Shown one piece after another: positions 31,302 through 41,548 of a DNA stretch of 61,482 bases. How positions within the stretch are numbered: the first letter of the stretch is position 1; each line of letters starts with the position of its first letter. The position numbers were made by a program, and so were the translations under genes. The stretch comes from an uncultured Nitrospiraceae bacterium (GTDB taxonomy: Bacteria; Nitrospirota; Thermodesulfovibrionia; Thermodesulfovibrionales; Dissulfurispiraceae), in contig CAMTVO010000037.1 in assembly GCA_947085205.1 (NCBI GenBank), positions 1 through 61,482 on the forward strand. Direction: 5' to 3'. The notes under the pieces are model-generated. The model searched no databases and was not told the origin of the DNA. It saw nothing but the letters and a program-made list of their open reading frames with translations.

Positions 31302-32462
31302 ATGGAAAAAGTTATTTTAAGGCGGACAAGCAGGATACTTGCTGGACATCTATGGATATTCTCCAATGAGCTGGCAGCAAGCCCGAGAGACTTTGAGCCC
31401 GGCTCTCTTGTAGAGGTTTATGATAACAAGCATGCATTTTTGGGCATCGGCTATATCAACCCGCACTCGCTTATATCCGTAAGGCTTCTTACAAAGGAAA
31501 AGGAGAAAATAGACCAAGACTTTTTCAGAAGACGGATAACTGATGCATTGCATTACAGGAAGAGATTCTTATCCGACATGAATTCATGCAGGGTTATCTA
31601 CAGCGAAGGAGATTTCCTGCCTGGATTGATAGTAGACAAATATGCCGATTGTCTTGTGATACAGTTTTTAACACTCGGGATGGAGAAGATGGGGGACACG
31701 GTTATAAGCATACTGGATGAAATGTTATCTCCCTCTGTGGTTGTGTTCAGAAACGACAGCCGGAGCAGAAGCCTTGAAGGGCTGCCTCTTGAGAAAAATA
31801 TAGTGAAAGGCTCTATGGAAAATCTTCCGCTGATAAATGAGGGAGACATTACTCTTGAAGTAGACCCTATGACAGGACAAAAGACAGGTTTTTTTCTCGA
31901 CCAGAGGGAAAACAGGATAGCGCTTGGAGAATATATCAAAGGCGGAAGGGGGCTCGACCTTTTCTGTTATTCAGGGGCATGGGGGCTTCAACTGGCTAAA
32001 AACGGGGCATTTATGACATGCATTGACGACTCGGAAACTGCCATATCCAAGGCAAAGAGGAATTTTCAATTAAATGATCTTGAAGAGAGATGCGATTTTG
32101 TAAAAGATAATGTGCTTGATTTTCTCAAGAGGGAAGCGGCTGACGGCAATAGCTATGATGTTATAGTCCTTGATCCTCCGGCCTTTGTGAAGAGCAGGGC
32201 AAAGATAAAAGAGGCATTGAGGGGATATAAGGAGATAAACGCTATGGCTATGCGAATTGTGAAAAAAGGCGGCATCCTTGCAACATCATCCTGCTCTTAT
32301 CATGTTGAAAAAACTTTGTTTTTAGATATGCTTAGGGATTCGGCAAAGGATTCGGGCAGAAGCGCCAGACTCCTTGAATACCGTTCTCAGGGCCGCGACC
32401 ACCCTGTTCTTTTATCAGTGCCTGAAACAGAATACCTCAAGTGTGCATTTCTTGAGTTATAA
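31302..32462 (+). CDS. RlmI-like SAM-dependent rRNA methyltransferase
   Basis: PUA domain (GHLWIFSNE), GQKTGFFLDQRENR, LDPPAF, SSCS. Confidence 0.9.
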   Translation: MEKVILRRTSRILAGHLWIFSNELAASPRDFEPGSLVEVYDNKHAFLGIGYINPHSLISVRLLTKEKEKIDQDFFRRRITDALHYRKRFLSDMNSCRVIYSEGDFLPGLIVDKYADCLVIQFLTLGMEKMGDTVISILDEMLSPSVVVFRNDSRSRSLEGLPLEKNIVKGSMENLPLINEGDITLEVDPMTGQKTGFFLDQRENRIALGEYIKGGRGLDLFCYSGAWGLQLAKNGAFMTCIDDSETAISKAKRNFQLNDLEERCDFVKDNVLDFLKREAADGNSYDVIVLDPPAFVKSRAKIKEALRGYKEINAMAMRIVKKGGILATSSCSYHVEKTLFLDMLRDSAKDSGRSARLLEYRSQGRDHPVLLSVPETEYLKCAFLEL

Positions 32463-32484
32463 ATGCCTTTTATTTGGTGAACGG

Positions 32485-32736
32485 TTAATCTGTGCTTATT
32501 TTATTATATATCCATGCAATTATGACAGCACTTACAAAGCCGTCGAGGAATCCATAGAACAACCCTAAAAAGCTTCCCAATGGCGAGATTGTATAACCTG
32601 GATAAATTGACTGTGCGAGGACTTCTAAGAAAAGTTTGCCGTAGCCTGTATAGAAAGAGAGCCATGTTGTGATAAATAGCGAGCCTCCCCATACGATTCC
32701 TAATGCAATGCCCAATGCTAAAGGTTTCAGTTTCAT
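32485..32736 (-). CDS. Small two-TM membrane protein (holin-like family)
   Basis: ALGIALGIVWG...SIYPGY...YGFLDG...AWIYN. Confidence 0.65.
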   Translation of the reverse strand: MKLKPLALGIALGIVWGGSLFITTWLSFYTGYGKLFLEVLAQSIYPGYTISPLGSFLGLFYGFLDGFVSAVIIAWIYNKISTD

Positions 32737-32819
32737 TTCTGTCTCCGATGTATGATTTATAATACTGTATTCTATATATCAATTTTACTAAAATTCGGGT
32801 GCATGATGTATAATAAAAA

Positions 32820-35801
32820 ATGCTTTATCGGCTGCTGATAATAATTGCCATTCTGTTTTTACCTGCCGTCGCAAACTCAGGACAACTGCCTGAATACAAC
32901 TTAGAAGTCTCTTTCGATATCCATAATTCCAAGATTATCGGAGTCGCAAAGATTGATGTAAGCGCAGGCAGTGAGTTTATCCTGCATATGGGACAGCTTA
33001 AAGTTAATGATGTAAGCCTGAACCGCCAAAGGATTAAATTTGACGTCCACAACGGCGTTTTAAAGATTTTGCCTCACCAAAACGGCGCTCTTATTATCAG
33101 ATACGAAGGTGTTTTTAAAGACAACAAGGCTGTTTTTGACACAAATTATGGCGTAGTTAATAATATTATAGACGACAGGGGAATATCCCTTACAGGCACA
33201 TGGTATCCGCAGATAGAAGGACTGCACATTTACAAACTCAAGGCAGCGCTTCCAGCAGGCTATGAGGCGGTATCCGAGGGGGAGAGAATTGAAAAGACCA
33301 CAAAAGGAGACAGGACAGAATTTGTCTTTGAATTTCCGCATCCGGTTGATGGAATAAACCTTATCGCAACAAATAAATACGAGATAATAAAAGACAGTTT
33401 TAACAATGTCGAAATCTATGCCTATTTCTTTAAAGAGGACATAGAGCTTGCTAAAAAATATATAGAGTACACAAAGAAATATCTGAGTCTCTATGAAAAG
33501 CTCGTTGGAAAATATCCATATAAGAGGTTTTCAATCGTAGAGAATTTCCTGCCCACCGGATACTCGATGCCCACTTACACATTGCTTGGACAGGACATTG
33601 TGCGCCTTCCTTTTATTGTTGAGACATCCCTCGGTCATGAGATATTGCACCAGTGGTTCGGCAACCTTGTGTATATTGATTATAAAAAGGGCAACTGGGC
33701 AGAGGGTTTGACAACATACCTTGCAGACCATCTTTATGAGGAACAGAAAGGGAAGGGCTGGGAATACAGAAAACAGGCGCTGATTGACTACAGGAGTTAT
33801 GTTAATAATAAAAACGAATTTGCTCTTAGGGATTTCAGAGGAAGAACCGGCTTTTCGTCAAAGGCAATAGGTTATGGAAAGGCGGCAATGGTGTTCCATA
33901 TGCTCAAAAATATTGTCGGCGAAGACACCTTTTACAAATCCCTTAGAGACCTCATACAGGATAAAAAATACCAAAGGGCATCGTGGGGCGATATCGAGTC
34001 GGTTTTCGAGCGAAACCATGAAGAAAATCTCGGCTGGTTTTTTAAGCAATGGATTGATAATCCGGGGATGCCCGGCATTTATCTTGAATCATTCCGTCTA
34101 AGACAGGCCGGCAGTAAATACGAAGCCACCCTCAGCATCGGTCAAAAGGATAGGGTTTATACTATGGACGTACCGCTGACCATTTATTATAAAGACGGCG
34201 CAAAAAAGAAGATCCGTGTGAAAGCAGACAAGGTAAAGACATCGGTTACATTATCTCTGGACAGTATGCCTGAAAAGATGGTCATGGACGAGGATTACGA
34301 TATCGCAAGAAGGCCGTCGGATGAAGAGTTTCCTCCTGCTATTGCGAGGCTAATCGGCGATGAGAAAATTATTATAGCCTTGCCGCCAACCAATAAAGAC
34401 ACTTACAGAGCCATCATCGATACCTTTAAAGAAAAAGGGGCGTTAGAAAAAGAGTCGAGAGACATCAGGGATGCGGACATAAAGTCCTCTTCGCTTATAA
34501 TTCTCGGAAATGATAATCCTGTGATAGGAAGGCTCTACGGAAATGTTGATAGAATTGATGCAGGTTTCAGCGTAATAATGAAAAACAATCCATGGAATCC
34601 GCAAAAAGTTGTCGGAATTTTTTCTGTGAAGTCGAGAGACGAAGTTGATGCGGCTTTCAGGAAGATATACCATTACGGAAAATACAGCGCTGTTTCCTTT
34701 AATAGCGGCAGGAATATTTATAAAAAGATTGATGAAACCCAGAGGGGAATAAAGATGGAGAATAAAGAAGATACTACAGCTATCGACCTCTCGACTCTCA
34801 AGACATTGGCCGATGTCATAGAGGACGTATCAGGCAAAAAGATTGTGTATGTCGGCGAATATCACGACAGGTTAGCCCATCACAATGTCCAGCTTGAAGT
34901 CATAAAAGGTCTGTATAAAAAGAATAGGAAGATAGCTGTAGGAATGGAGATGTTCCAGAGACCTTTTCAAGGTGTTTTGGATGACTACATAGCAGGCAGG
35001 ATAAATGAAAGGGAATTCTTAAAACGGTCTGAATATTTCAAGAGGTGGGGATTTGACTATAACCTGTATAAGCCGATACTCGATTTCGCACAAGAGAAAA
35101 AAATACCGGTCATTGCCCTTAATATCAGACGTGAGATTATAGACAAAGTGTCAAAAAGCGGTATAGATTCGCTTTCCGGTGAGGAAAAAAACGAAATCCC
35201 TTCGCAGATGGATTTTTCGGACAACGAATACAGGGAAAGACTTAAGAAAATTTTTGAAATGCACGGCAGGTCAAAGGAGAAGAATTTCGAATTCTTCTAC
35301 CAGTCGCAGATTCTTTGGGACGAGACTATGTCGATGTCGGTGGATGAGTTTATGAAGAAGAATCCTGACTATCAGATGGTCGTCCTCGCAGGGGGAGGGC
35401 ATATTCAATACGGTTCCGGCATTCCAAAGAGAACATTCAGACGCAATGGGTACGACTATGCAACTATCCTCAATGATGTGGACATCGAACGAAATATCTC
35501 CGATTACATAATTTTTCCAAAACCCGTAGAGGGTATTACCGCTCCTAAACTTATGGTCTCACTTAAGGATGCGCACGGGATAGTTGGTATTGAAGGTTTT
35601 GCGGAAAACAGCGTTTCTGAAAAGGCTGGACTGAAGGAAGGCGATATAATACTCTCACTCGATAATGTTGTGGTTAAAAGCGTTGAGGATATAAGAATCC
35701 ATCTTTTTTACAAGAAAAAGGGAGACACGGTGAGTATCAGGGTCTTGAGAAAGAGATTTCTCTTCGGTGACAAAGAGATGGATTTTGATGTGACCCTTTA
35801 G
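32820..35801 (+). CDS. Exported M1-family metallopeptidase fused to ChaN-like and PDZ domains
   Basis: Signal peptide; HEILH plus downstream AEG; VGEYHD..GMEMF..QILWD..AGGGH (ChaN/Tiki-like); AGLKEGDII (PDZ). Confidence 0.85.
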   Translation: MLYRLLIIIAILFLPAVANSGQLPEYNLEVSFDIHNSKIIGVAKIDVSAGSEFILHMGQLKVNDVSLNRQRIKFDVHNGVLKILPHQNGALIIRYEGVFKDNKAVFDTNYGVVNNIIDDRGISLTGTWYPQIEGLHIYKLKAALPAGYEAVSEGERIEKTTKGDRTEFVFEFPHPVDGINLIATNKYEIIKDSFNNVEIYAYFFKEDIELAKKYIEYTKKYLSLYEKLVGKYPYKRFSIVENFLPTGYSMPTYTLLGQDIVRLPFIVETSLGHEILHQWFGNLVYIDYKKGNWAEGLTTYLADHLYEEQKGKGWEYRKQALIDYRSYVNNKNEFALRDFRGRTGFSSKAIGYGKAAMVFHMLKNIVGEDTFYKSLRDLIQDKKYQRASWGDIESVFERNHEENLGWFFKQWIDNPGMPGIYLESFRLRQAGSKYEATLSIGQKDRVYTMDVPLTIYYKDGAKKKIRVKADKVKTSVTLSLDSMPEKMVMDEDYDIARRPSDEEFPPAIARLIGDEKIIIALPPTNKDTYRAIIDTFKEKGALEKESRDIRDADIKSSSLIILGNDNPVIGRLYGNVDRIDAGFSVIMKNNPWNPQKVVGIFSVKSRDEVDAAFRKIYHYGKYSAVSFNSGRNIYKKIDETQRGIKMENKEDTTAIDLSTLKTLADVIEDVSGKKIVYVGEYHDRLAHHNVQLEVIKGLYKKNRKIAVGMEMFQRPFQGVLDDYIAGRINEREFLKRSEYFKRWGFDYNLYKPILDFAQEKKIPVIALNIRREIIDKVSKSGIDSLSGEEKNEIPSQMDFSDNEYRERLKKIFEMHGRSKEKNFEFFYQSQILWDETMSMSVDEFMKKNPDYQMVVLAGGGHIQYGSGIPKRTFRRNGYDYATILNDVDIERNISDYIIFPKPVEGITAPKLMVSLKDAHGIVGIEGFAENSVSEKAGLKEGDIILSLDNVVVKSVEDIRIHLFYKKKGDTVSIRVLRKRFLFGDKEMDFDVTL

Positions 35802-35818
35802 TAGGAGGTTTAAAAGAG

Positions 35819-37468
35819 ATCGCAGCTATTTACGGAAATATATCAGGCTTAAAGAAGAGTTTACTCTATTCCCTCGAAAAGATTTACCGCAGGAAAATCC
35901 CTGCTGATAAGTTCGTAACACAGGAGCTTGCCAGGTATCTCACAGGGCTTTCATTTGAAATCGGAAAACAAACAGGCATACTTGCAAACAGGGACGGTTC
36001 GATAACCCATGTTATTGTTGGCGACGCAAAAGGCGTCTTTATTCCTGAACTCGATGACTACCCTATAGGAAGAAAAGCCTTGAGAGGACTTAGATTCATT
36101 CATACACATCTCACAGATGAGCCGCTCAACAAAGAGGACATTACAGACCTTGCCCTTTTACGGTTTGATATGATTGCAGCCATAAGCGTAAAGGACGGCC
36201 TGCCGTATAACATCTATACGGCATATCTTATGCCTTACGGCTCTGATAAAAAATACGAGACCATCACCTCCAACTTCTACATGTTTGAGATGGATTTCGA
36301 CAGTTTTGTCCATTCGCTTGAAGATGAGATGGAGAGGCGCAGGGTCATCGACCAGAGAGATAAAAGGGAAAGGGCTATTCTTGTAAGCGCATCTACTAAA
36401 CCTAAATACGAGATTGAAGAATCGATTGACGAACTTAAAGAGCTTGCGATGTCCAGCGATGTTATTGTTTTGGATGCAGTTGTCCAGAGACTGAAAGATT
36501 TAAACCCAAAATACCTTTTGGGCGAAGGAAAGCTTAAGGAGATAATAATCAATGCAATGGATAAGGGGGCGACTCTATTGATATTTGATCAAGACCTAAA
36601 TCCATCGCAGATAAGGGCGATTGCAGAGACTACAGAATTAAAGGTCATCGACCGCTCTCAACTCATACTGGATATATTTGCCAGAAGGGCACATAGCCGT
36701 GACGGTAAGGTGCAAGTAGAGCTTGCTCAGTTGAAATACACGCTTCCAAGGCTTACGGGTAAAGGGACTGCAATGTCAAGGCTTATGGGAGGCATTGGAG
36801 GAAGAGGGCCGGGTGAGATGAAGCTCGAGATAGACAGACGCCGCATTCGCGACAGAATAACCCGTCTCGAAAAGGAGCTTGATGTCTTGAGCGAGGCGAG
36901 GAAGCAGAGAAAACAGAGAAGGGTCGAAAAGGGCATACCAATAGTTTCCATAATCGGATACACAAATGCAGGCAAATCCACACTCTTGAATGCGCTCACA
37001 AAAAGCTCGACATTTGTCGAGGATAAGATGTTTGCCACACTCGATACAGCGAGCAGGAGATTGAGATTCCCAAAAGAAAGAGATGTTATCATAACCGACA
37101 CCGTTGGATTTATAAGAGATCTGCCAAAAGACTTGATGACAGCCTTTAAATCAACACTTGAAGAGCTTCAGGACGCAGACCTGCTTTTGCATCTTGTGGA
37201 TATATCCAATCCGAGGTTTGAACAGCAGATGGAATCAGTTGAAAATATACTAAGCGATTTGAAAATTAAGAATAAGCCGAGGCTTATTGTCTTTAATAAA
37301 ATAGACAAGGCGTCACGGGAAGAAGTGGAAAATATAAAGCTGCGTTATGATGCGGTCGCAGTGTCTGCCGTCAAACCGGATTCCCTTGAGCCGCTCTTGA
37401 AGGCTATCGAACATAGAATCTGGGAATCTCAAAAAGCAGAAGAATTTTCAGAACAGGTAAAGGTATAA
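35819..37468 (+). CDS. hflX: GTPase HflX, long form, probable ATC start
   Basis: GYTNAGKST, DTVGFI, NKID. Frame is open upstream of the TTG at 36080 back to ATC 35819, which follows AGGAGG. Confidence 0.9.
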   Translation: MAAIYGNISGLKKSLLYSLEKIYRRKIPADKFVTQELARYLTGLSFEIGKQTGILANRDGSITHVIVGDAKGVFIPELDDYPIGRKALRGLRFIHTHLTDEPLNKEDITDLALLRFDMIAAISVKDGLPYNIYTAYLMPYGSDKKYETITSNFYMFEMDFDSFVHSLEDEMERRRVIDQRDKRERAILVSASTKPKYEIEESIDELKELAMSSDVIVLDAVVQRLKDLNPKYLLGEGKLKEIIINAMDKGATLLIFDQDLNPSQIRAIAETTELKVIDRSQLILDIFARRAHSRDGKVQVELAQLKYTLPRLTGKGTAMSRLMGGIGGRGPGEMKLEIDRRRIRDRITRLEKELDVLSEARKQRKQRRVEKGIPIVSIIGYTNAGKSTLLNALTKSSTFVEDKMFATLDTASRRLRFPKERDVIITDTVGFIRDLPKDLMTAFKSTLEELQDADLLLHLVDISNPRFEQQMESVENILSDLKIKNKPRLIVFNKIDKASREEVENIKLRYDAVAVSAVKPDSLEPLLKAIEHRIWESQKAEEFSEQVKV

Positions 37469-37477
37469 TATTTATCT

Positions 37478-38557
37478 ATGGAATTTGTCCCTAAATGGAT
37501 AGCATGGGAGATAACGAGGAGATGCAATCTTAAATGCGTGCATTGCCGCTCATCGTCTGAGATGGAGGCAAAAGAGCATCCAGACTTTCCGACAGAAGAG
37601 GCATTCAGGGTGCTTGACGATATCTCAAGTTATGCAAAACCTGTGATCGTCCTTTCAGGAGGCGAGCCCCTTATAAGAAAGGATGTTTTTGATATTGCAA
37701 AATACGGCACAGAAAAGGGTCTCAGAATGTGTCTTGCAACAAATGGGACATTGGTTACTGATGAGATATGCGAGAGGATAAAGGAATCAGGAATCAGGAT
37801 TGTATCTTTAAGTCTTGACGGCTCGACCAAAGAGGTGCATGATAACTTTAGGAATGAAAAGGGCGCATTTAAAGGAACAATCAATACAGCAAACCTTTTT
37901 AAGAGATATGGAATAGAATTCATCATCAATTCTTCATTCACAAAGCGCAATCAGGAAGAAATCCCCAAGGTCTATAAGTTAGCGAAGGAACTCGGCGCAA
38001 CTGCGTGGTATATGTTTATGATAGTTCCTACAGGCAGGGGCGAAGAGATAATGAATGAACTCATATCAAAGGAAGATTACGAGGAGATACTTGATTGGCA
38101 CTACAGGATGGAAAAAGATGAAAAGGACATGCTCGTAAGGCCGACATGCGCGCCGCATTATTACAGAATAGTATTGCAGAAGGCCAAAGAAGAGGGCGCT
38201 AAATTTGAGAGACGAACTCTGAAATTCTCAACCGGAGGCTCTAAAGGCTGTATTGCAGGCCAGCTTATCTGTCTTATAGATGTGGATGGAAATGTCCTTC
38301 CTTGCAGCTATTTCCCGATGTCGGCAGGAAGCATCAAAAAGCAGTCTTTCAAGGATATCTGGGAGAATTCAGAGCTGTTCAATGAATTGAGGGATTTCAA
38401 GAAATACAAGGGCAGATGCGGTTCCTGCGAATTCGTTAATGTATGCGGAGGATGCAGGGCAAGGGCATATTCCGTATACGGAGATTATCTTGCAGAAGAG
38501 CCGTTCTGCAGATATGTTCCGGTGAAGATGAAAAAGGGTGTTGTGACGAAAAACTGA
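37478..38557 (+). CDS. Radical SAM/SPASM protein, AhbD/NirJ-like
   Basis: [13 protein letters not shown] cysteines (GCIAG, PC, CGSC...CGGCRARA); adjacent to hemE. Confidence 0.8.
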   Translation: MEFVPKWIAWEITRRCNLKCVHCRSSSEMEAKEHPDFPTEEAFRVLDDISSYAKPVIVLSGGEPLIRKDVFDIAKYGTEKGLRMCLATNGTLVTDEICERIKESGIRIVSLSLDGSTKEVHDNFRNEKGAFKGTINTANLFKRYGIEFIINSSFTKRNQEEIPKVYKLAKELGATAWYMFMIVPTGRGEEIMNELISKEDYEEILDWHYRMEKDEKDMLVRPTCAPHYYRIVLQKAKEEGAKFERRTLKFSTGGSKGCIAGQLICLIDVDGNVLPCSYFPMSAGSIKKQSFKDIWENSELFNELRDFKKYKGRCGSCEFVNVCGGCRARAYSVYGDYLAEEPFCRYVPVKMKKGVVTKN

Positions 38558-38568
38558 TTCTATCTTTT

Positions 38569-38634
38569 GTCATTCCCACGAAAGTGGGAATCCAGAAGGA
38601 ATGCTGACTGGATTCCTGCCTCCGCAGGAATGAC
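38569..38634. repeat. Paired palindromic repeat (GTCATTCCC...GGGAATCCAG / CTGGATTCC...GGAATGAC)
   Basis: 30 bp identical to 28999-29028. Confidence 0.85.
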
Positions 38635-38658
38635 GCTAAAGAAATTTTTGGAGGACAG

Positions 38659-39678
38659 ATGAACGATATGTTTCTTAAGGCATGTAGAGGCGAGAAGACC
38701 GATTACACCCCTGTGTGGCTTATGAGGCAGGCAGGGAGATACCTTCCTGAATATCAGAAAATAAGGTCAAAGGTCAATTTCCTTACCCTTTGCAAGACAC
38801 CGGAGCTTGCTGCGGAAGTAACAATCCAGCCTATTGATATTCTTAAAGTCGATGTCGCAATACTTTTTTCTGACATCCTTGTCCCTATAGAGTCGATGGG
38901 AATGAAGCTGGAGTTTTCGGAATCCAAAGGTCCTATTTTATATGATCCCATCAGGAATGATATTGCTGTCGCAAAGCTTAGAAGAATAAAGGCAGAAGAA
39001 GATGTTCCTTTTGTCATGGAGACAATTAAGATACTCGTCAAAAAGTTAAATGTCCCCCTGATAGGCTTTTCAGGCGCTCCATTTACCCTCGCAACTTATA
39101 TGATAGAAGGCGGCAGTTCGAAGAACTATGTGAATACAAAAAAGATGATGTACCAGACCCCTGAGCTTTATGCAAAGCTTATGGAAAAGATTACAGACAC
39201 AGTCATAAATTATCTGCAGGCTCAGATAGACGCGGGTGTGCATGCAATACAGGTTTTTGATTCATGGGCAGGAATCCTTTCGCCTGTTGATTTTGAAAGG
39301 TATGCCCTGCCTTATGTTCAAAGGATAGTCTCCACATTCAAAGGCAAAGTTCCTGTTATTTACTTTGCATTTAACGGAAGCGCAATGCTTAAGAAGGTCA
39401 AACAGTCAGGCGCTGATGTCCTTGGCATTGACTGGAGGATCGATATCTCCGATGCTATAAACACATTGGGCAATGATGTTGCAGTTCAGGGAAATCTCGA
39501 CCCCTGTATCCTTTTTGGAACAAAGGACCTGATCCAGGATAGGGTAGCAGGAATACTTCAGGGAGCAAAAAACGCAAAGGGTCATATATTCAATTTAGGC
39601 CACGGAATACTGCCCGAAACTCCGGTTGAGAATGCCATTGCAATGGTCGAGGCAGTGCATGAGCTTAGCAGCAGGTAG
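38659..39678 (+). CDS. hemE: Uroporphyrinogen decarboxylase
   Basis: PVWLMRQAGRYLPEY, FSDIL, FDSW, FNLGHG. Confidence 0.97.
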   Translation: MNDMFLKACRGEKTDYTPVWLMRQAGRYLPEYQKIRSKVNFLTLCKTPELAAEVTIQPIDILKVDVAILFSDILVPIESMGMKLEFSESKGPILYDPIRNDIAVAKLRRIKAEEDVPFVMETIKILVKKLNVPLIGFSGAPFTLATYMIEGGSSKNYVNTKKMMYQTPELYAKLMEKITDTVINYLQAQIDAGVHAIQVFDSWAGILSPVDFERYALPYVQRIVSTFKGKVPVIYFAFNGSAMLKKVKQSGADVLGIDWRIDISDAINTLGNDVAVQGNLDPCILFGTKDLIQDRVAGILQGAKNAKGHIFNLGHGILPETPVENAIAMVEAVHELSSR

Positions 39679-39686
39679 GTTAACAT

Positions 39687-40334
39687 ATGCTTAACCTTGG
39701 AGTCCTTGCATCAGGACGCGGCTCTAATTTTCAGGCAATTATTGATGAGATAGAGGCAGGGAAGCTTAATGCCTCGATTAAACTCCTTATTGTTGATAAT
39801 CCTGACGCCTATGCCATCGAGCGTGCAAAAAAACATTCCATAGAATATCTCTATATCAATCATAACGAATTTAAAATAAAAGATGATTTTTTTGTAAGGA
39901 TAGTGGATGAACTTAAAAAAAGACAAGTGGAGTTGGTGATTCTTGCAGGTTTCATGCGTATTGTGAAAAAACCGTTGATAGATGCCTTTCCAAACAGGAT
40001 TATGAACATACACCCAGCACTTTTACCGTCTTTTCCAGGACTGCATGGTCAGAAGCAGGCAGTGGATTACGGAGTGAAAATCAGCGGCTGCACAGTGCAT
40101 TTTGTTGATGAAGGGATGGATACAGGGCCTGTAATAATTCAGGCAGCAGCGCCTGTCTCACCTGATGATACTGAGGATACGCTTTCAGCACGGATTTTGA
40201 AACTGGAGCATAAGATATTTCCCGATGCGATAAGGCTTTATGCGGAGGGAAGGTTGAGCGTTGAGGGCAGGGTGGTAAAAATAAAGGGATACGAATTGAA
40301 AGACGAATATATTGTAAATCCGACATTGAGGTGA
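39687..40334 (+). CDS. purN: Phosphoribosylglycinamide formyltransferase
   Basis: SGRGSNFQA, LAGFMR, NIHPALLPSF, GCTVHFV. Confidence 0.97.
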   Translation: MLNLGVLASGRGSNFQAIIDEIEAGKLNASIKLLIVDNPDAYAIERAKKHSIEYLYINHNEFKIKDDFFVRIVDELKKRQVELVILAGFMRIVKKPLIDAFPNRIMNIHPALLPSFPGLHGQKQAVDYGVKISGCTVHFVDEGMDTGPVIIQAAAPVSPDDTEDTLSARILKLEHKIFPDAIRLYAEGRLSVEGRVVKIKGYELKDEYIVNPTLR

Positions 40335-40337
40335 TTT

Positions 40338-40937
40338 ATGGAACAATGGCCGACTTTGGAAGAGCAGATTAAGGAAGCAGGCATATATTATCCGAGGAAG
40401 TATGACATCACTTACAGGGTAGGGTATGTGCTTCAGACTATAGGCGCCATAGGGTTTGTCATCCTCTATTATCTGCAATCTGAATTACAGGTAATCCCGT
40501 TTGTAATATTCAACGCCGGCATAGCCTTGTCGTCAATGTATCTTCTTGTCTGGAAAGCAGAGATAAAGAAATTTATACTTATGATGTCTTTTTGGGGAAT
40601 AGCAGCTCAAATTATAAGCATATTTATAAACCCAATTAGTGCCCTTTTTTCAGAAAAGCTGTTTTTTCTTGGGTTGGGACTTACCCTTGCAGGCGGCGCA
40701 GGGCTTGTCGGAAAAGAGGCATATTGTTTCAGATTCAACGAAGGATGGCTTCTTTTGATGGCATATCCATTGGCGGTAATTCCAAATTTGTTCGGATTTG
40801 CGCAATATAAATACAATCTCGTAATTTCAGCTATCATAGCGGTCTTGCAAATCTTGTTTTTACGCAAGAAATTATCTCAGCCCCTTCTTAAGAAGTGCGA
40901 AGGCAATGTATGCGGATTGCCTGAAACAAAGAAATGA
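40338..40937 (+). CDS. Integral membrane protein (DUF2301-like)
   Basis: Several TM segments; KEAYCF motif. Confidence 0.65.
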   Translation: MEQWPTLEEQIKEAGIYYPRKYDITYRVGYVLQTIGAIGFVILYYLQSELQVIPFVIFNAGIALSSMYLLVWKAEIKKFILMMSFWGIAAQIISIFINPISALFSEKLFFLGLGLTLAGGAGLVGKEAYCFRFNEGWLLLMAYPLAVIPNLFGFAQYKYNLVISAIIAVLQILFLRKKLSQPLLKKCEGNVCGLPETKK

Positions 40938-41548
40938 GAATCTCCGGCGGTACTGCAAAGGGTAGAAAGGTTGGCATTAAAAAGGCATTCTCAAAAAAAG
41001 GAGAGGACGATGAACTGAGGCCAACCTCAGCAAAGGTCAGACAGGCGATATTTAATATTCTTGGCAATATCCTCGGAGATAAAATAATCGGGAGCCGCTT
41101 CTTAGACCTTTATGCAGGCACGGGCGCTGTAGGTATAGAGGCATTGAGCAGGGGGACAGGAAGGGTTGTTTTTGTTGATGACAATTCTCTGAGGCTTGAG
41201 ATTATAAAAGATATGATGGAAAAATTTGGCTTTAAAGACAGAGCAGTGGTTGTTAAAGATGATGCCAAACATTTTCTGAAAAGAATGACTCAAAACTGTT
41301 TCGATATTATCTTTGTCGATCCCCCATACGCCTCTGGAGAAATCGATACTGTCCTGCCGCTGATTGACGAAAGAGGCGTTTTAAGAGATAATGGAATTGT
41401 TATAGTGGAACATTCCTCGAAGAAGGCACCCCCCTTTACTTCCCCCCTTGATAAGGGGGGAACAAGGGGGGTGGGAAGTTTAAAACTTATGAAGACTTAT
41501 AAATATGGAGACACATCTTTAACACTTTATAGAAAGGTACAGACATGA
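40934..41548 (+). CDS. rsmD: 16S rRNA m2G966 methyltransferase
   Basis: MRISGG, RPTS, LDLYAGTG..GIEALSRG, DPPY; upstream of coaD. Confidence 0.93.
   Translation: MRISGGTAKGRKVGIKKAFSKKGEDDELRPTSAKVRQAIFNILGNILGDKIIGSRFLDLYAGTGAVGIEALSRGTGRVVFVDDNSLRLEIIKDMMEKFGFKDRAVVVKDDAKHFLKRMTQNCFDIIFVDPPYASGEIDTVLPLIDERGVLRDNGIVIVEHSSKKAPPFTSPLDKGGTRGVGSLKLMKTYKYGDTSLTLYRKVQT
41427..41473. repeat. C-rich/G-rich palindrome inside rsmD
   Basis: CACCCCCCTT-TAC-TTCCCCCCTT-GAT-AAGGGGGGAA-C-AAGGGGGGTG. Confidence 0.8.

Noticed and set aside
32485..32736. Prophage suggested by the holin-like gene and the lytic transglycosylase
   Set aside because: No phage structural, terminase or integrase genes; both genes sit in housekeeping context 30 kb apart.
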